NCBI GenBank assembly: GCA_031425975.1
Contig: JANPKL010000064.1
Span: forward strand, 1 to 54,675
From: Sphingomonas sp.
Lineage (GTDB): Bacteria > Pseudomonadota > Alphaproteobacteria > Sphingomonadales > Sphingomonadaceae
Direction of reading: 5' to 3'
Length of the DNA stretch: 54,675 bases
Under the pieces are notes generated by a model, which saw only the letters and a program-made list of their open reading frames with translations, was not told the origin of the DNA and did no database searches. The translations under genes and the position numbers were made by a program. Shown piece after piece: positions 54,647-54,675 of the stretch (position 1 is its first letter; every line of letters begins with the position of its first letter).

Positions 54647-54675
54647 ATGCGCCCGCTATTGGCCGTCGTTGATTG

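Overview
High-GC alphaproteobacterial chromosome segment, very probably a sphingomonad (Sphingomonas-like gene order and protein sequences). It is mostly core genome: TPR-sulfotransferase (5' partial), ahcY, a TonB-dependent receptor plus beta-barrel cassette, divL-tsaE-amgK-murU-addB-addA-trxA, secA, putA, a BLUF gene, tRNA-Asn, NAD kinase, an EAL gene, mfd-sdhE/recG, tyrS, namZ, a degenerate PleC/DivJ-like kinase, tRNA-Pro, tRNA-Ile2, M28 peptidase, a radical SAM gene with a LexA box, SLT, UDG-like, ETF-QO-TPR-ispE-nnr-rlmD, two MAPEG paralogs and a deoxyhypusine-synthase-like gene. I saw no transposase, prophage or CRISPR array. The most notable observations are: a single in-frame amber codon in an otherwise full-length mfd; a 10-codon leaderless uORF overlapping the divL start; two small ORFs missing from the ORF track; REP-like palindromes, one read in frame inside a protein and one supplying the putA Shine-Dalgarno; a perfect SahR-type operator; and a recurring leaderless-mRNA layout. 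I cannot demonstrate a wholly new system from sequence alone, so the findings are testable leads. All family assignments come from motif recognition and gene order, not database searches.
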